DNA of 64,000 nucleotides from Candidatus Poribacteria bacterium (GTDB taxonomy: Bacteria > Poribacteria > WGA-4E > PCPOR2b): positions 1,120,001 through 1,184,000 of the forward strand of contig OZ242351.1 in the NCBI GenBank assembly GCA_965208675.1, read 5' to 3'. A program made the translations under genes and the position numbers. The notes beneath the pieces were generated by a model. The model was not told the DNA's origin and ran no database searches. It saw only the letters and a program-made list of their open reading frames with translations. Of the stretch, positions 19,088 through 29,116 are shown one piece after another (position 1 is the first letter of the stretch; the number at the start of each line of letters is the position of its first letter).

Positions 19088-20842
19088 ATGATTTATCGCA
19101 TTGCCGTGTTCACGGTAAGTCTCGCTTGTATTGCGTTGTACGCTAACGCTGAAGAGCAGATCCTCTTTGTGTCCGACCGAGACGGGAACAGTGAGATATA
19201 CAGGTATTTCCCCGGCGGCAGACCCAAGAGGCTTACATTTGACGAAGGACCGGATGGCAATCCAGCGCTATCCCCGAGTGGAAAATCAATGGCGTATGTC
19301 ACGACGATTAATCGGGTATCCCAAATCGCCGTGCTGGACTTCAACTCTCGCAAACCCCGGCAACTGACTTTTTCACCCAAGAGCGATGTCCATCCTACAT
19401 GGTCCCCGGACGGAAGACGAATCGCATTTTCGTCCAACCGCGACGGTGATTTCGATATTTATATCATGAATAGAAACGGGACGAACGCGATAAATATGAC
19501 CGATAATTCCCCCCTGCACGACGGATCGCCTCACTGGTCTCCAGCAAGCCAAAAGATTGTATTTACCTCTGAGCGGGATCGTCTAGCACCAAAAGATGTT
19601 TATGTGCTTGATTCCCAAGCTGGTAACCGGCGAAGACTCATCACTTCTTCATCATTTGCGTTCAATCCCAAATGGTCACCGAACGGGTCACTGATTGCGT
19701 ATTACTCTACGGACATGTCTGACACCTCACCGTCGACTACTCTTCTTTGGCGAGTGAAACCAGATGGTACAGAATTGGAAGTATTGGTGACTGAAGGGGA
19801 GTCAAATTCACATCCCAAATTTTCTCCTAATGGATCATCAATTGCGTTTGTGTCTGAGAGAAACTTTAACATGGACATTTATGCTTTAAACCTTGAAACC
19901 AAGGAGCTAATGCGCTTAACAACACATCTTGGCTTCGATTCGCACCCCGATTGGTCTCCAGATGGAGAACGGCTAGCCTTCCTTTCCAGCCGAGACGGGA
20001 ATTCAGATGTCTTTACAATGACTGTCAATGGAGGGTACATCACAAACCTGACTAAGAGCGGCATGAATGAGGGGTTTCCCACTTGGTCCCCTGACGGAGA
20101 AAAAATAGCGTTTAGTCGGTTAATGGGGGACAACAGCGTCAGGATTTACGCGGTTGATTCCGATGGTGATAATGAGGTTCAACTGGTTGACTTGCCAGTT
20201 GCCAACCTCTACCCTGTCTGGTCCCCGCGCGGGAACAGACTGGCTTTTGTGAATCTCCCGGAACGCGGAGACTCGAAATACCGTATTTATACGGTTGACC
20301 CCGATGGGATAAACCTACAAATTTTGTATGAAGATTTGCTCGAACCTATTAACGAAATTGCTTGGTCACACGATGAGTCTCAGATTATTTTTGGTCGAAC
20401 CAACAATGCAATCGCCTTTCTGGATACGGAGACAGGTGAAGTCCACTCAATAGATGTGCCTGTATGGAATCCCAGTTCCCTCGATTCGTCACCCGACGGG
20501 GAGGACATTGTCTTTTCAGCGTCAAAGCCAATCGAAAATCCGGTGCGGCGGTTAGGAGTCTTCATCATTGATACTGACGGAATGCTTCTACGAATCGTCC
20601 CGACTGACCTGCCGATAACGTTGTTGAACCAAGGGCTTTCGTGGTCTCCCGACGGGAATACAATTCTCGTCAGTGACGAAGAAGGCATATACACGCTTGA
20701 CTTGGACACCGAATCCGTTGAGCTATTCATCGAATCTGCCAGTTATCCGGATTGGCAAGATCCGTCTCTCCCGCGCGCGGTCACTCCTCAGAACAAGCTG
20801 AATACCACATGGGGTGAGATGAAAACCGACGAAACGCGTTGA
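19088..20842 (+). CDS. Exported TolB-like PD40 repeat protein 7 (close paralog of protein 6)
   Basis: Start MIYRIAV at 19088 after GGAGGAG; VTPQNKLNTTWGEMK. Confidence 0.85.
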   Translation: MIYRIAVFTVSLACIALYANAEEQILFVSDRDGNSEIYRYFPGGRPKRLTFDEGPDGNPALSPSGKSMAYVTTINRVSQIAVLDFNSRKPRQLTFSPKSDVHPTWSPDGRRIAFSSNRDGDFDIYIMNRNGTNAINMTDNSPLHDGSPHWSPASQKIVFTSERDRLAPKDVYVLDSQAGNRRRLITSSSFAFNPKWSPNGSLIAYYSTDMSDTSPSTTLLWRVKPDGTELEVLVTEGESNSHPKFSPNGSSIAFVSERNFNMDIYALNLETKELMRLTTHLGFDSHPDWSPDGERLAFLSSRDGNSDVFTMTVNGGYITNLTKSGMNEGFPTWSPDGEKIAFSRLMGDNSVRIYAVDSDGDNEVQLVDLPVANLYPVWSPRGNRLAFVNLPERGDSKYRIYTVDPDGINLQILYEDLLEPINEIAWSHDESQIIFGRTNNAIAFLDTETGEVHSIDVPVWNPSSLDSSPDGEDIVFSASKPIENPVRRLGVFIIDTDGMLLRIVPTDLPITLLNQGLSWSPDGNTILVSDEEGIYTLDLDTESVELFIESASYPDWQDPSLPRAVTPQNKLNTTWGEMKTDETR

Positions 20843-20962
20843 TACGATTTGTGAAACATTTTCGCGTGAAATTCGGTTTAATAGCACAAATGTTCGTTTT
20901 CACGAAATTCGAAGGATGCGTTACATATCATGTCGCACATCTTATGTCACACGGAGGAAAAC

Positions 20963-21541
20963 ATGTTTCCAGTCTCAGAAGCGATTCAATCGCGGCGGAC
21001 TATTTTTCATTTTAAACCTGAACAGGTCGCACGGGATGTACTTGAAGAGGTGCTCACGGCAGGTATCTGGGCGCCTAACCACCGTCTAACCGAGCCGTGG
21101 CGGTTCACCGTCATCGGTGAACAGACCAAGTTGAAGCTGGCAGAGCGGTATCGACAGATTCAGATTGAAAAGGTTTCAAAAAGCGCAGATGTTGACGAAG
21201 CCGCGCTCGCAAACGTAGGCGAGAAAGGGTTCGACAAATTCATGTCCAAACCCACGGTCATAGCCGTTTCGTGTCTTCAGGAAGGGGACGAACAGCGGCA
21301 GCGAGAGGACTATGCGGCGACGTGCTGTGCTTTGTATTGCATTCAGCTCGCCGGATGGGAGCGGGGCATCGGGATGCAGTGGAGTACCGGCCCTATTACG
21401 CTGGAACGGCAAACTTACGAACTTCTAGGTATTGACGCCGAGCGAGAATACATGGTGGGTTTCTGTTATGTCGGCTATCCGGCTGACGTGCCAACCCCCA
21501 AGCGCAAACCGCTGCACGACGTACTGCACTGGACAGTATGA
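20963..21541 (+). CDS. Nitroreductase family protein (YdjA-like)
   Basis: EAIQSRRTI, WAPNHRLTEPWRF, GMQWSTG, YVGYP; ATG 20963 after GGAGG. Confidence 0.85.
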   Translation: MFPVSEAIQSRRTIFHFKPEQVARDVLEEVLTAGIWAPNHRLTEPWRFTVIGEQTKLKLAERYRQIQIEKVSKSADVDEAALANVGEKGFDKFMSKPTVIAVSCLQEGDEQRQREDYAATCCALYCIQLAGWERGIGMQWSTGPITLERQTYELLGIDAEREYMVGFCYVGYPADVPTPKRKPLHDVLHWTV

Positions 21542-21575
21542 TTGCAACCCGTACCGCTGTTTGACCCATACAGCA

Positions 21576-23048
21576 ATGAACGAATACGATCTCACCATTA
21601 TCGGCGGCGGCAGTGCAGGCTTGGTTTTAGCAGTAGCGAGTGCAAAGCTGGGAAAGAAGACGGCTCTCGTCGAGAAAAATAAACTAGGCGGCGATTGCTT
21701 GTGGACAGGGTGTGTGCCGTCAAAGGCGTTTCTAAAATCCGCCCACCTCGCCCACCACATGAAGATGGCGGAACGTTTCGGGATTACGGTTGAAGGCGTG
21801 GACATCGACTTTCAGCGTGTCATGCAGCATGTCCGGAGCGCCCAGGGGACTATTGAGCGCGAACACGATAATCCGGAGCGATTCCGTGAATTGGGCGTTG
21901 ATGTCATCTTCGGCAGCGGACATTTTGACTCACCGAGGTCTTTCATTGTCGAAGATAGTGAGAAGCACGATACGACTACGCTGACGAGTAAGAAATACGT
22001 AATTTCAACCGGATCCCGCCCTGCTGCGCCGCCAATTCCCGGTGTTGAATCCATCAACTATTTGGACAGCCACAACGTTTGGGAAATAGACAACCTCCCG
22101 CAAACGCTGCTAGTGGCGGGCGCCGGGCCAATCGGTGTCGAATTAGGGCAAGCTTTCTACCGCTTGGGCGCAGAGGTCACAATTGTGCAGCGGAGTGATC
22201 GCATTCTGCCAAGGGAGGAGCACGTCGTCTCCCATCGGATGCTGGAATGCCTTCGAGCAGAAGGCATCTCGATTCTCCTCAACACCAATCTCCACGAAGT
22301 GACAGATGCCGTACCAAATCACGATGAAAATCGCCGCGCTCCGATTAATGGGAATTACAATGTTGTGCTGGATACGCGCGGCGAGAAGCGGGAACTGACA
22401 GTAGATCAGATCTTGATAGCGACAGGCCGAAACCCCAACGTCGAAGGATTGGGGCTTGAACGAATTGGTGTACGGGTAGGGAAACACGGAATTGAAGTCA
22501 ACGAGAAGCTACAAACCTCGGTCAAGAATATTTATGCCGCCGGCGATGTCATCGGACATTACCTGTTTACCCACGTCGCGGCATTCCAAGCGCGGCAGAT
22601 AATTCGCAACATCTTCTTCCCGGGGGCTGCATCAATTGATTACGCTGTAGTCCCTTGGACGACATTCAGCGATCCAGAGGTAGCCCGGTGCGGACTGACG
22701 GAGACGGAAGCGCGGCGGAAATACGGTGATGTCGATGTGTTTACCGTGGATTTTAAAGACGTGGATAGAGCAGTGGCAGAAGGTGAAACAGAGGGATTTA
22801 TCAAGATTGTTGCGACAAAGTGGACCGGCAAAATTCTAGGTGTACACCTGATTGGCCCGCGCGCCGGGGAGATACTCCACGAGTTTGTTTTAGCAATGAA
22901 GGCAGGGATTTCGCTGCGCAAGTTGACTTCGATAATACACGTTTATCCAACCTATTCCAGCATCGTTTGGCAGGTTGCCGGAAAGTGGCTTGCCGAAGGC
23001 ACGCTTGTCAACACGGTTCGGAACTTCTTACGCAACAGCGGAAAATAA
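21576..23048 (+). CDS. Pyridine nucleotide-disulfide oxidoreductase (dihydrolipoamide dehydrogenase/MerA-like family)
   Basis: YDLTIIGGGSAG, GGDCLWTGCVPSK redox disulfide, GAGPIGVE, IHVYPT; no C-terminal Cys-Cys. Confidence 0.85.
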   Translation: MNEYDLTIIGGGSAGLVLAVASAKLGKKTALVEKNKLGGDCLWTGCVPSKAFLKSAHLAHHMKMAERFGITVEGVDIDFQRVMQHVRSAQGTIEREHDNPERFRELGVDVIFGSGHFDSPRSFIVEDSEKHDTTTLTSKKYVISTGSRPAAPPIPGVESINYLDSHNVWEIDNLPQTLLVAGAGPIGVELGQAFYRLGAEVTIVQRSDRILPREEHVVSHRMLECLRAEGISILLNTNLHEVTDAVPNHDENRRAPINGNYNVVLDTRGEKRELTVDQILIATGRNPNVEGLGLERIGVRVGKHGIEVNEKLQTSVKNIYAAGDVIGHYLFTHVAAFQARQIIRNIFFPGAASIDYAVVPWTTFSDPEVARCGLTETEARRKYGDVDVFTVDFKDVDRAVAEGETEGFIKIVATKWTGKILGVHLIGPRAGEILHEFVLAMKAGISLRKLTSIIHVYPTYSSIVWQVAGKWLAEGTLVNTVRNFLRNSGK

Positions 23049-23132
23049 CATAGAGACGAAACACGATTGGAATCGGTTCAAAGGCGCCTTGTTCAAAAAC
23101 GTGCGTTCCAGTCTTCCGCACAACACATGATT

Positions 23133-24287
23133 CTATTGCTCCTCGTCGTCGTGATTGTGCCGGTGAAACAGCTTATCGCCTAATTTGTCGAAAAACCCGG
23201 TGTGCTCACCACCTACCTGCTCTCCGCGGACTCGGGCAAACTCCGCCAATATCTCCTGTTCTCGATCGGTCAGGCGTGACGGCGTTTCAATTCTCACCGT
23301 TACGATACAATTTCCACGTCCATAGTGATTGTGATGCGGAACGCCCTTTCCGGGAATGCGCAATCGCCCGCCATATTGTGTTCCGGGCGGGATTGTAAGC
23401 GGGACAGGCCCATCAATTGTATCAACTTCAATCTCCGCGCCCAGCGCAGCCTGTGTAAAGGAGACTGTGGCTACTGTAATTAGGTCGTTGTCTTCCCGAA
23501 CGAATCGATCGTGACGAGTTACTTCAATCAAAATGTAGAGATCGCCGGGCGGGCCGCCGTTAACCCCAGCCTCACCTTCACCGCGCAACGAAATTTTGAA
23601 CCCCGTATCCACGCCTTTTGGAATTGTGACTTTAAGTTGCCGAGTCACCCGTACCACGCCTTGCCCTTGGCATGACCTACATGGACGAGAGATGATTTGG
23701 CCTTCACCGCGGCACCGTGAGCAGGTTCGCGACATAGAAAAAAAGCCCTGTGAACGAGTAACTTGACCACGTCCGTGGCAATCCGGGCAGGTTTGCGGGC
23801 TTGAACCGGGCTCGCTTCTTGTCCCATGGCAAGCCTTACACGATTCAAGGCGCGGGACATCAATAGTCGCAGTTTTTCCATTTATAACATCTTCCAGTGA
23901 AATCTGTAAGTTGTATTGCAGGCTGCGCCCCCGTTTCGGAGCTCTCTGCCCACGGGTACTGCCGGATCCAAAAATTTCTCCAAAGTCGCCAAAAATATCG
24001 CCGACGATGTCTTCAAAGTTGCCGAAATCAAAGCCGAATCCGCTAGATCTAATCGAACCTTCTACGCCTGCATGACCGAACTGGTCGTAACGGCTGCGCT
24101 TTTCAGCGTCACCCAAAACCTCGTACGCCTCAGTGGCCTCTTTAAAACTCTCCTCAGCGTTTTTGTCGCCGGGGTTTTTATCCGGATGGAATTTTATTGC
24201 GAGCTTTCGGTACGACTTCTTAATCTCGTCTTGGCTCGCACCTCTGCCTACGCTGAGCACGTCGTAGTAATCTCGTTTTTCTCTCAT
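23133..24287 (-). CDS. dnaJ: Chaperone DnaJ
   Basis: J-domain HPD, G/F region, four CxxCxGxG-type zinc motifs. Confidence 0.97.
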   Translation of the reverse strand: MREKRDYYDVLSVGRGASQDEIKKSYRKLAIKFHPDKNPGDKNAEESFKEATEAYEVLGDAEKRSRYDQFGHAGVEGSIRSSGFGFDFGNFEDIVGDIFGDFGEIFGSGSTRGQRAPKRGRSLQYNLQISLEDVINGKTATIDVPRLESCKACHGTRSEPGSSPQTCPDCHGRGQVTRSQGFFSMSRTCSRCRGEGQIISRPCRSCQGQGVVRVTRQLKVTIPKGVDTGFKISLRGEGEAGVNGGPPGDLYILIEVTRHDRFVREDNDLITVATVSFTQAALGAEIEVDTIDGPVPLTIPPGTQYGGRLRIPGKGVPHHNHYGRGNCIVTVRIETPSRLTDREQEILAEFARVRGEQVGGEHTGFFDKLGDKLFHRHNHDDEEQ

Positions 24288-24298
24288 GGAACTCTCCT

Positions 24299-26263
24299 CT
24301 ATTGCTTATCAGTATTGCCTGTAGCCTTGTCACTAGAGCGGTCGCCAGCATGCTCGTCAGCTTCTACTTCGATGTCGATGATTTCTTCCTCAGCATCCGC
24401 ATTTTCTGTCTGATTCTCCGTCTCCGTCCCCGCTTCAGCATCACTTTGTCCTTCATCCGCCGCCTCGGCATACATGGCTTCAGCCAACTTGTGGGACGCT
24501 TGCAGCAACGCCTCGGTGTCGGTTTTTATCGCCTCAATATCGTCACCCTTTAAGCTTTCTTTCAGTTTCTGAATCGCCGTTTCTATGGTGTTTCGATCCG
24601 CTTCAGAAACTTTATCGCCATATTCCTGTAATGATTTTTCCGCGCCATAGACCAGCGAATCGGCTTGATTTCTAACTTCAACCGTCTCTTTTCTTTGTTG
24701 ATCTTCCTCAGCATGAGCCTCACCATCCTTAACCATCTGCTCAATCTCAGTATCTGACAGTCCGCTTGAAGACTCAATGCGAATCTTCTGCTCCTTACCC
24801 GTACCTAAATCTTTCGCTGAGACATGCACAATCCCGTTGGCGTCAATATCAAAGGTGACTTCAATCTGGGGCACACCGCGCGGTGCGGGTGGAATACCAA
24901 CCAAATCAAACCGTCCTAATGTCCGGTTATAGACCGCCATTTCACGTTCGCCCTGCAAGACGTGAATATTGACAGCCTCTTGGTTGTCAGCGGCTGTCGA
25001 AAAAATTTGCGTTTTCTTGGTCGGGATGGTGGTATTTCGTTCAATCAGCCGTGTAAAGACCTGTCCGAGTGTCTCAATGCCCAATGACAGGGGAGTTACA
25101 TCAAGCAGTAGAACATCCTTGACGCCTTCATCACCGGATAACACCCCGGCCTGTACTGCCGCGCCGATAGCGACGACTTCGTCAGGATTGACGCCTTTGT
25201 GCGGCGCCTTAGCGAATAGCTGTTCAACCATCTCCTGAACTTTGGGCATACGCGTCTGTCCACCGACGAGCACAATTTCGTCAATCTCCGAGGGACTCAA
25301 TTCAGCGTCTGCCATCGCTTGCCGGCAGGGTTCAATTGTCCGTTCAATCAAGTTCATGGTCAGTTGCTCGAGCTTGGCTCTGGTAAGTGTAATAGTCATA
25401 TGCTTGGGACCGCTGGCGTCCGCTGTAATAAATGGCAGATTTACTTCGGACTGCAGCGCCGTAGACAGTTCGCACTTAGCCTTTTCAGCAGCTTCTTTCA
25501 GACGTTGGAGCGCCATTGGGTCTTTGCGTAAATCGATGCCATTGTCATTCAAGAATTCTTCCGCCAACCAATCGACGATGCATTGATCGAAATCATCGCC
25601 GCCAAGATGCGTGTCTCCATTGGTGCTTTTGACCTCGAAAACGCCATCGCCGATTTCAAGAATTGAGATGTCAAATGTCCCTCCGCCAAGGTCATAGACC
25701 GCGATTTTTTCGTCCGACTTCTTGTCCAGACCGTACACTAGCGAAGCGGCGGTCGGTTCATTGATGATGCGCAACACTTCCAACCCCGCTATGCGTCCGG
25801 CGTCCTTTGTCGCCTGCCGCTGGGCATCATTGAAATAGGCAGGAACAGTAATTACAGCCTGTGAGACGGATTCACCGAGATAGGCTTCGGCAGTCTCTTT
25901 CATCTTTCGCAATGTCATTGCCGATAATTCGAGAGGCGCATATTCTTCGTCCCCGATTCTAATTTTTGCTTCCTGATTGGGACCCGTAACGACTTGATAA
26001 GACACGCGCTCAATTTCTTGTGCTACCTCCTCATAACGCCGCCCCATGAAACGCTTGACAGAAAAGACAGTGTTCTGGGGATTGGTCACAGCTTGCCTTT
26101 TTGCAACCTGCCCCACAATTCGTTCGTCATCTTTTGTAAATGCAACCACAGAGGGTGTTGTACGGCTTCCCTCAGTGTTGGGGATAACCTTCGGTTCACC
26201 TCCTTCCAAAACTGCGACGCACGAGTTTGTGGTACCAAGGTCTATTCCTATCACTTTACTCAT
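24299..26263 (-). CDS. dnaK: Chaperone DnaK
   Basis: [43 protein letters not shown]; start at ATG 26263. Confidence 0.98.
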   Translation of the reverse strand: MSKVIGIDLGTTNSCVAVLEGGEPKVIPNTEGSRTTPSVVAFTKDDERIVGQVAKRQAVTNPQNTVFSVKRFMGRRYEEVAQEIERVSYQVVTGPNQEAKIRIGDEEYAPLELSAMTLRKMKETAEAYLGESVSQAVITVPAYFNDAQRQATKDAGRIAGLEVLRIINEPTAASLVYGLDKKSDEKIAVYDLGGGTFDISILEIGDGVFEVKSTNGDTHLGGDDFDQCIVDWLAEEFLNDNGIDLRKDPMALQRLKEAAEKAKCELSTALQSEVNLPFITADASGPKHMTITLTRAKLEQLTMNLIERTIEPCRQAMADAELSPSEIDEIVLVGGQTRMPKVQEMVEQLFAKAPHKGVNPDEVVAIGAAVQAGVLSGDEGVKDVLLLDVTPLSLGIETLGQVFTRLIERNTTIPTKKTQIFSTAADNQEAVNIHVLQGEREMAVYNRTLGRFDLVGIPPAPRGVPQIEVTFDIDANGIVHVSAKDLGTGKEQKIRIESSSGLSDTEIEQMVKDGEAHAEEDQQRKETVEVRNQADSLVYGAEKSLQEYGDKVSEADRNTIETAIQKLKESLKGDDIEAIKTDTEALLQASHKLAEAMYAEAADEGQSDAEAGTETENQTENADAEEEIIDIEVEADEHAGDRSSDKATGNTDKQ

Positions 26264-26981
26264 TCGATTCTTCCTCCTTTTCACCTTCATCGTCCGGTGA
26301 TGTGTTTTCCGTCTGTGGTTTACCCCTAGAAACTGACACCATTGAAGGGCGAATGACCCGGTCGTGCAGCAGATACCCGCGTTGAAACTCCTCGATTACG
26401 GCGTTCTCCTCGACATCTTCCGAGTCAATGTGCATTACCGCTTCGTGAAGATTCGGATCGAACGGCTCACCTTGAGCTTTAATCACCGTTACATCGCGCT
26501 TTTTGAGTAATTCGCCAAGTTGCTTGTGAATCAGTTGAATTCCTTCGTTCAGAGAATCGAAATCTCTCGACTCCTTTGCGGATTCGATGCCTCTCTCTAT
26601 ACTGTCCACAACTAAAATTAAATCTTTGATGACGCCTTCGACCGCATATTTAAAGAACTCTGCTTTCTCACGCTCCGCGCGTTTTTTTGAATTTTCGTAG
26701 TCGGCAATGGTACGAAGCATCCGATCAGACTGCTGTTCAAACTCGGCATTCTTGGCTTTTGCGCTATCTAACTCCTCTTTCATCCGAGCAAATTCTTCGG
26801 GAGAAGGCACTACTTCCGATTCGGATTCCGCTTCGTCCACACATTCACTAGCATCCTCCAAGGCTTCCGACGCAGAGGCTGGCGCTTCGTCCGCTGAATC
26901 CGCCTGAACATCTATTGCGCCGTCCTCCGATGTAGTGCCTTCGGCTTCCGCCTCTATTTGCACGTCTATTGTTTCTGACAT
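26256..26981 (-). CDS. grpE: Nucleotide exchange factor GrpE
   Basis: [36 protein letters not shown]. Confidence 0.96.
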   Translation of the reverse strand: MSETIDVQIEAEAEGTTSEDGAIDVQADSADEAPASASEALEDASECVDEAESESEVVPSPEEFARMKEELDSAKAKNAEFEQQSDRMLRTIADYENSKKRAEREKAEFFKYAVEGVIKDLILVVDSIERGIESAKESRDFDSLNEGIQLIHKQLGELLKKRDVTVIKAQGEPFDPNLHEAVMHIDSEDVEENAVIEEFQRGYLLHDRVIRPSMVSVSRGKPQTENTSPDDEGEKEEESNE

Positions 26982-27023
26982 CTAATCACCTCATATCAAT
27001 GTATTCAATCATTAAAGGCTAAT

Positions 27024-28079
27024 CTATAGTGACTTTTGAAGATGTTGACCGATAACTTGCGCCGTAAATTTTACGATTGACACCACACGAGAGTATTCCA
27101 TCCGCGTTGGTCCGATTACGCCTATGGTGCCGAGAAAATGGCCTCGAACGCTAATAGTAGACTGCACGACACTGCACATCTCCATTCCTTCACACCTATT
27201 TTCGCTGCCGATAAGCACCTGAATATCGGGATTCTCTTTCTTTGGCGACAGCAGGTCCGCAACCCGTTCTTTTTGCTCCAAAAAACGAAATAACGGTTCA
27301 ATTTGTTCCACTTCCAAAAATTCAGGCTGACCGAAAAAATTCGAAGTGCCATCGAGATAAACGGGGATTCCCCTATCCAGCGAAAAGGTGTTTCGCGCCA
27401 ACGTTGCGACAGGATCAGACAAATCCCGATCGAAAACCGCAGCCAGATTTGCATGGCTTTGTGAAATTCGTCGTATCTCCCCCAAGGACAATCCTGCTAA
27501 CTTTTCATTAAGAATTCGGCTAATCCGATTGAAATCTGTCTTGGATAAGCTTTCATGGACGGAAACCACCTGATTCTTAACAAGCCCTGAATTCGTAATC
27601 AATACAACTACTACCCGCTGGGTATCAAGCGGAAAGAGTTCCAATCGCCGTAGAATACCGTCATGCAATTGAGGGCTCAAAGCAACTCCGATGTAATGAG
27701 AAATTTGAGATAAAATCTTAGAAGTCTGTTCGATGGTTTCAACGATATCGAGTTCCGATGAGTCGTACCATTGTCGTATGAATCTGCACTCTTCATCTGT
27801 CAACCGTTGAGTCGTCATCATATTGTCGACGTACACGCGATAGCCGAGTTCCGTTGGGATTCGCCCCGCCGAGGTATGAGGTTGCGCCAAGTAGCCATAT
27901 TCTCCGAGCTGCGCCATGGTATTCCGAATAGTTGCCGGGCTCAATCTCATATCATAATACCGCGCAATCGCTCTGGAGCTGACAGGCTTCGCTGTCCGAT
28001 TATAACAAGTGATAATCGCTTCGAGAACCTCGCGATTTCGGGTATTCAGCACAGCGGTTGTCAATGGCGCCACCCCCAA
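27024..28079 (-). CDS. hrcA: Heat-inducible transcription repressor HrcA
   Basis: SPATIRNTM, QPHTSAGRIPT, GVIGPTRMEY; start uncertain. Confidence 0.96.
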   Translation of the reverse strand: MGVAPLTTAVLNTRNREVLEAIITCYNRTAKPVSSRAIARYYDMRLSPATIRNTMAQLGEYGYLAQPHTSAGRIPTELGYRVYVDNMMTTQRLTDEECRFIRQWYDSSELDIVETIEQTSKILSQISHYIGVALSPQLHDGILRRLELFPLDTQRVVVVLITNSGLVKNQVVSVHESLSKTDFNRISRILNEKLAGLSLGEIRRISQSHANLAAVFDRDLSDPVATLARNTFSLDRGIPVYLDGTSNFFGQPEFLEVEQIEPLFRFLEQKERVADLLSPKKENPDIQVLIGSENRCEGMEMCSVVQSTISVRGHFLGTIGVIGPTRMEYSRVVSIVKFTAQVIGQHLQKSL

Positions 28080-28090
28080 GTCTCAATATG

Positions 28091-28117
28091 TTAGCACTCT
28101 TCTTCAAAGAGTGCTAA
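28091..28117. promoter_or_regulatory. CIRCE element (HrcA operator)
   Basis: Perfect TTAGCACTC-N9-GAGTGCTAA directly upstream of hrcA. Confidence 0.97.
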
Positions 28118-28125
28118 ATCGGGAA

Positions 28126-28155
28126 AAGATACCATTTTCCTCTCCGATTTGTCAA
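28126..28155 (-). promoter_or_regulatory. Sigma70 promoter of the hrcA operon
   Basis: TTGACA-N18-TATCTT with TG extension, just upstream of CIRCE. Confidence 0.65.
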
Positions 28156-28291
28156 GCCAAAAGGGAAAGGCGCATTTGTCAAAGTCACTACAAGAACCCT
28201 TTCTCTCTGCACCGCTGTGACCAGTTTTAATTTGCGCCGCCTTACCAGTCACGCGCATTTAAATGACAATGCACCCTGCCTGTATGCACTC

Positions 28292-29080
28292 TCACCCATG
28301 GACTGCGTCTGCAAATCTCTTCATCAACGAAATGGAGTTTTGCTGTTCAATGACGTTTCCTGTCACGATAAAGTCCGCCCCGGCGTTGACCTTTGCAACC
28401 GCCATCTCGGGCGTAGTGATTCCTCCACCCACTATGATAGGGATAGTGACATGTTTGCGAACTGCGCCGATTATTTCGTCGGGAACCGGTATTTTTGCAC
28501 CGCTGCCCGCCTCAAGGTAGATGAACTTCATACCGAGATACTCTGCGGCAAGCGCGTGCGCCCACGCAATGTCCAATTTATCACGCGGGAGCGGGGCGGT
28601 CCCGCTCATAACTTCAACCGAAGTAGCGGTACCACCGTCAATAAGCATATACCCTGTGGATATCGCCTCTATACCACAACGGTGAATCAATGGCGCCGCT
28701 TTAACCTGCTCGCCGATTAGAAAATTGGCATTCCGGCCGCTGATTAGGCTTAGATATAATATGGCATCGGCATGTTGGGATAGGTGCATAGAGTCCCCGG
28801 GGAACACAATGACCGGTAACGACGTCTCATCCCTCAAGGCCTTTGCAAACGGGTTGAGGTCATTTGTCAAGAGGCTGCTCCCCAGCAACAGTGCATCAAC
28901 TCCGGCTTCTTCCGCTTGATGCGCAGCATGAACGCAATCCGCGATGGAATGCCGATCCGGGTCTAAGAGTACGATGTAGCCTGCTCTGCATCTTGACAGG
29001 ACATTCCGTAGGTAATCTAAGGTTGAACCTGATTTCATGGGGTTAGGTGTTTGGAGATATGTTTTTTCAATTCTTCTCAC
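28292..29080 (-). CDS. Geranylgeranylglyceryl phosphate (GGGP) synthase, group II
   Basis: LLDPD, LLGSS, LPVIVFPG, ADAILYLSLISGRN..FLIGEQ, IYLEAGSGA, PIIVGGGI, GADFIVTGN: PcrB/GGGPS TIM barrel with group II signature; start uncertain. Confidence 0.92.
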   Translation of the reverse strand: MRRIEKTYLQTPNPMKSGSTLDYLRNVLSRCRAGYIVLLDPDRHSIADCVHAAHQAEEAGVDALLLGSSLLTNDLNPFAKALRDETSLPVIVFPGDSMHLSQHADAILYLSLISGRNANFLIGEQVKAAPLIHRCGIEAISTGYMLIDGGTATSVEVMSGTAPLPRDKLDIAWAHALAAEYLGMKFIYLEAGSGAKIPVPDEIIGAVRKHVTIPIIVGGGITTPEMAVAKVNAGADFIVTGNVIEQQNSISLMKRFADAVHG

Positions 29081-29116
29081 GCCGCCATTGAATCTGATGG
29101 AATTAGACCGATTGCG

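Noticed and set aside
6752-20842. True tolB or S9 peptidase genes; CRISPR-like periodicity
   Set aside because: No TolB N-domain, no tol-pal context and no catalytic domain. The recurring TGGTCNCCNGAYGG is just WSPDG coding, not a repeat-spacer array.
21576-23048. Mercuric reductase merA
   Set aside because: Lacks the C-terminal Cys-Cys pair, the NmerA domain and any mer operon context.
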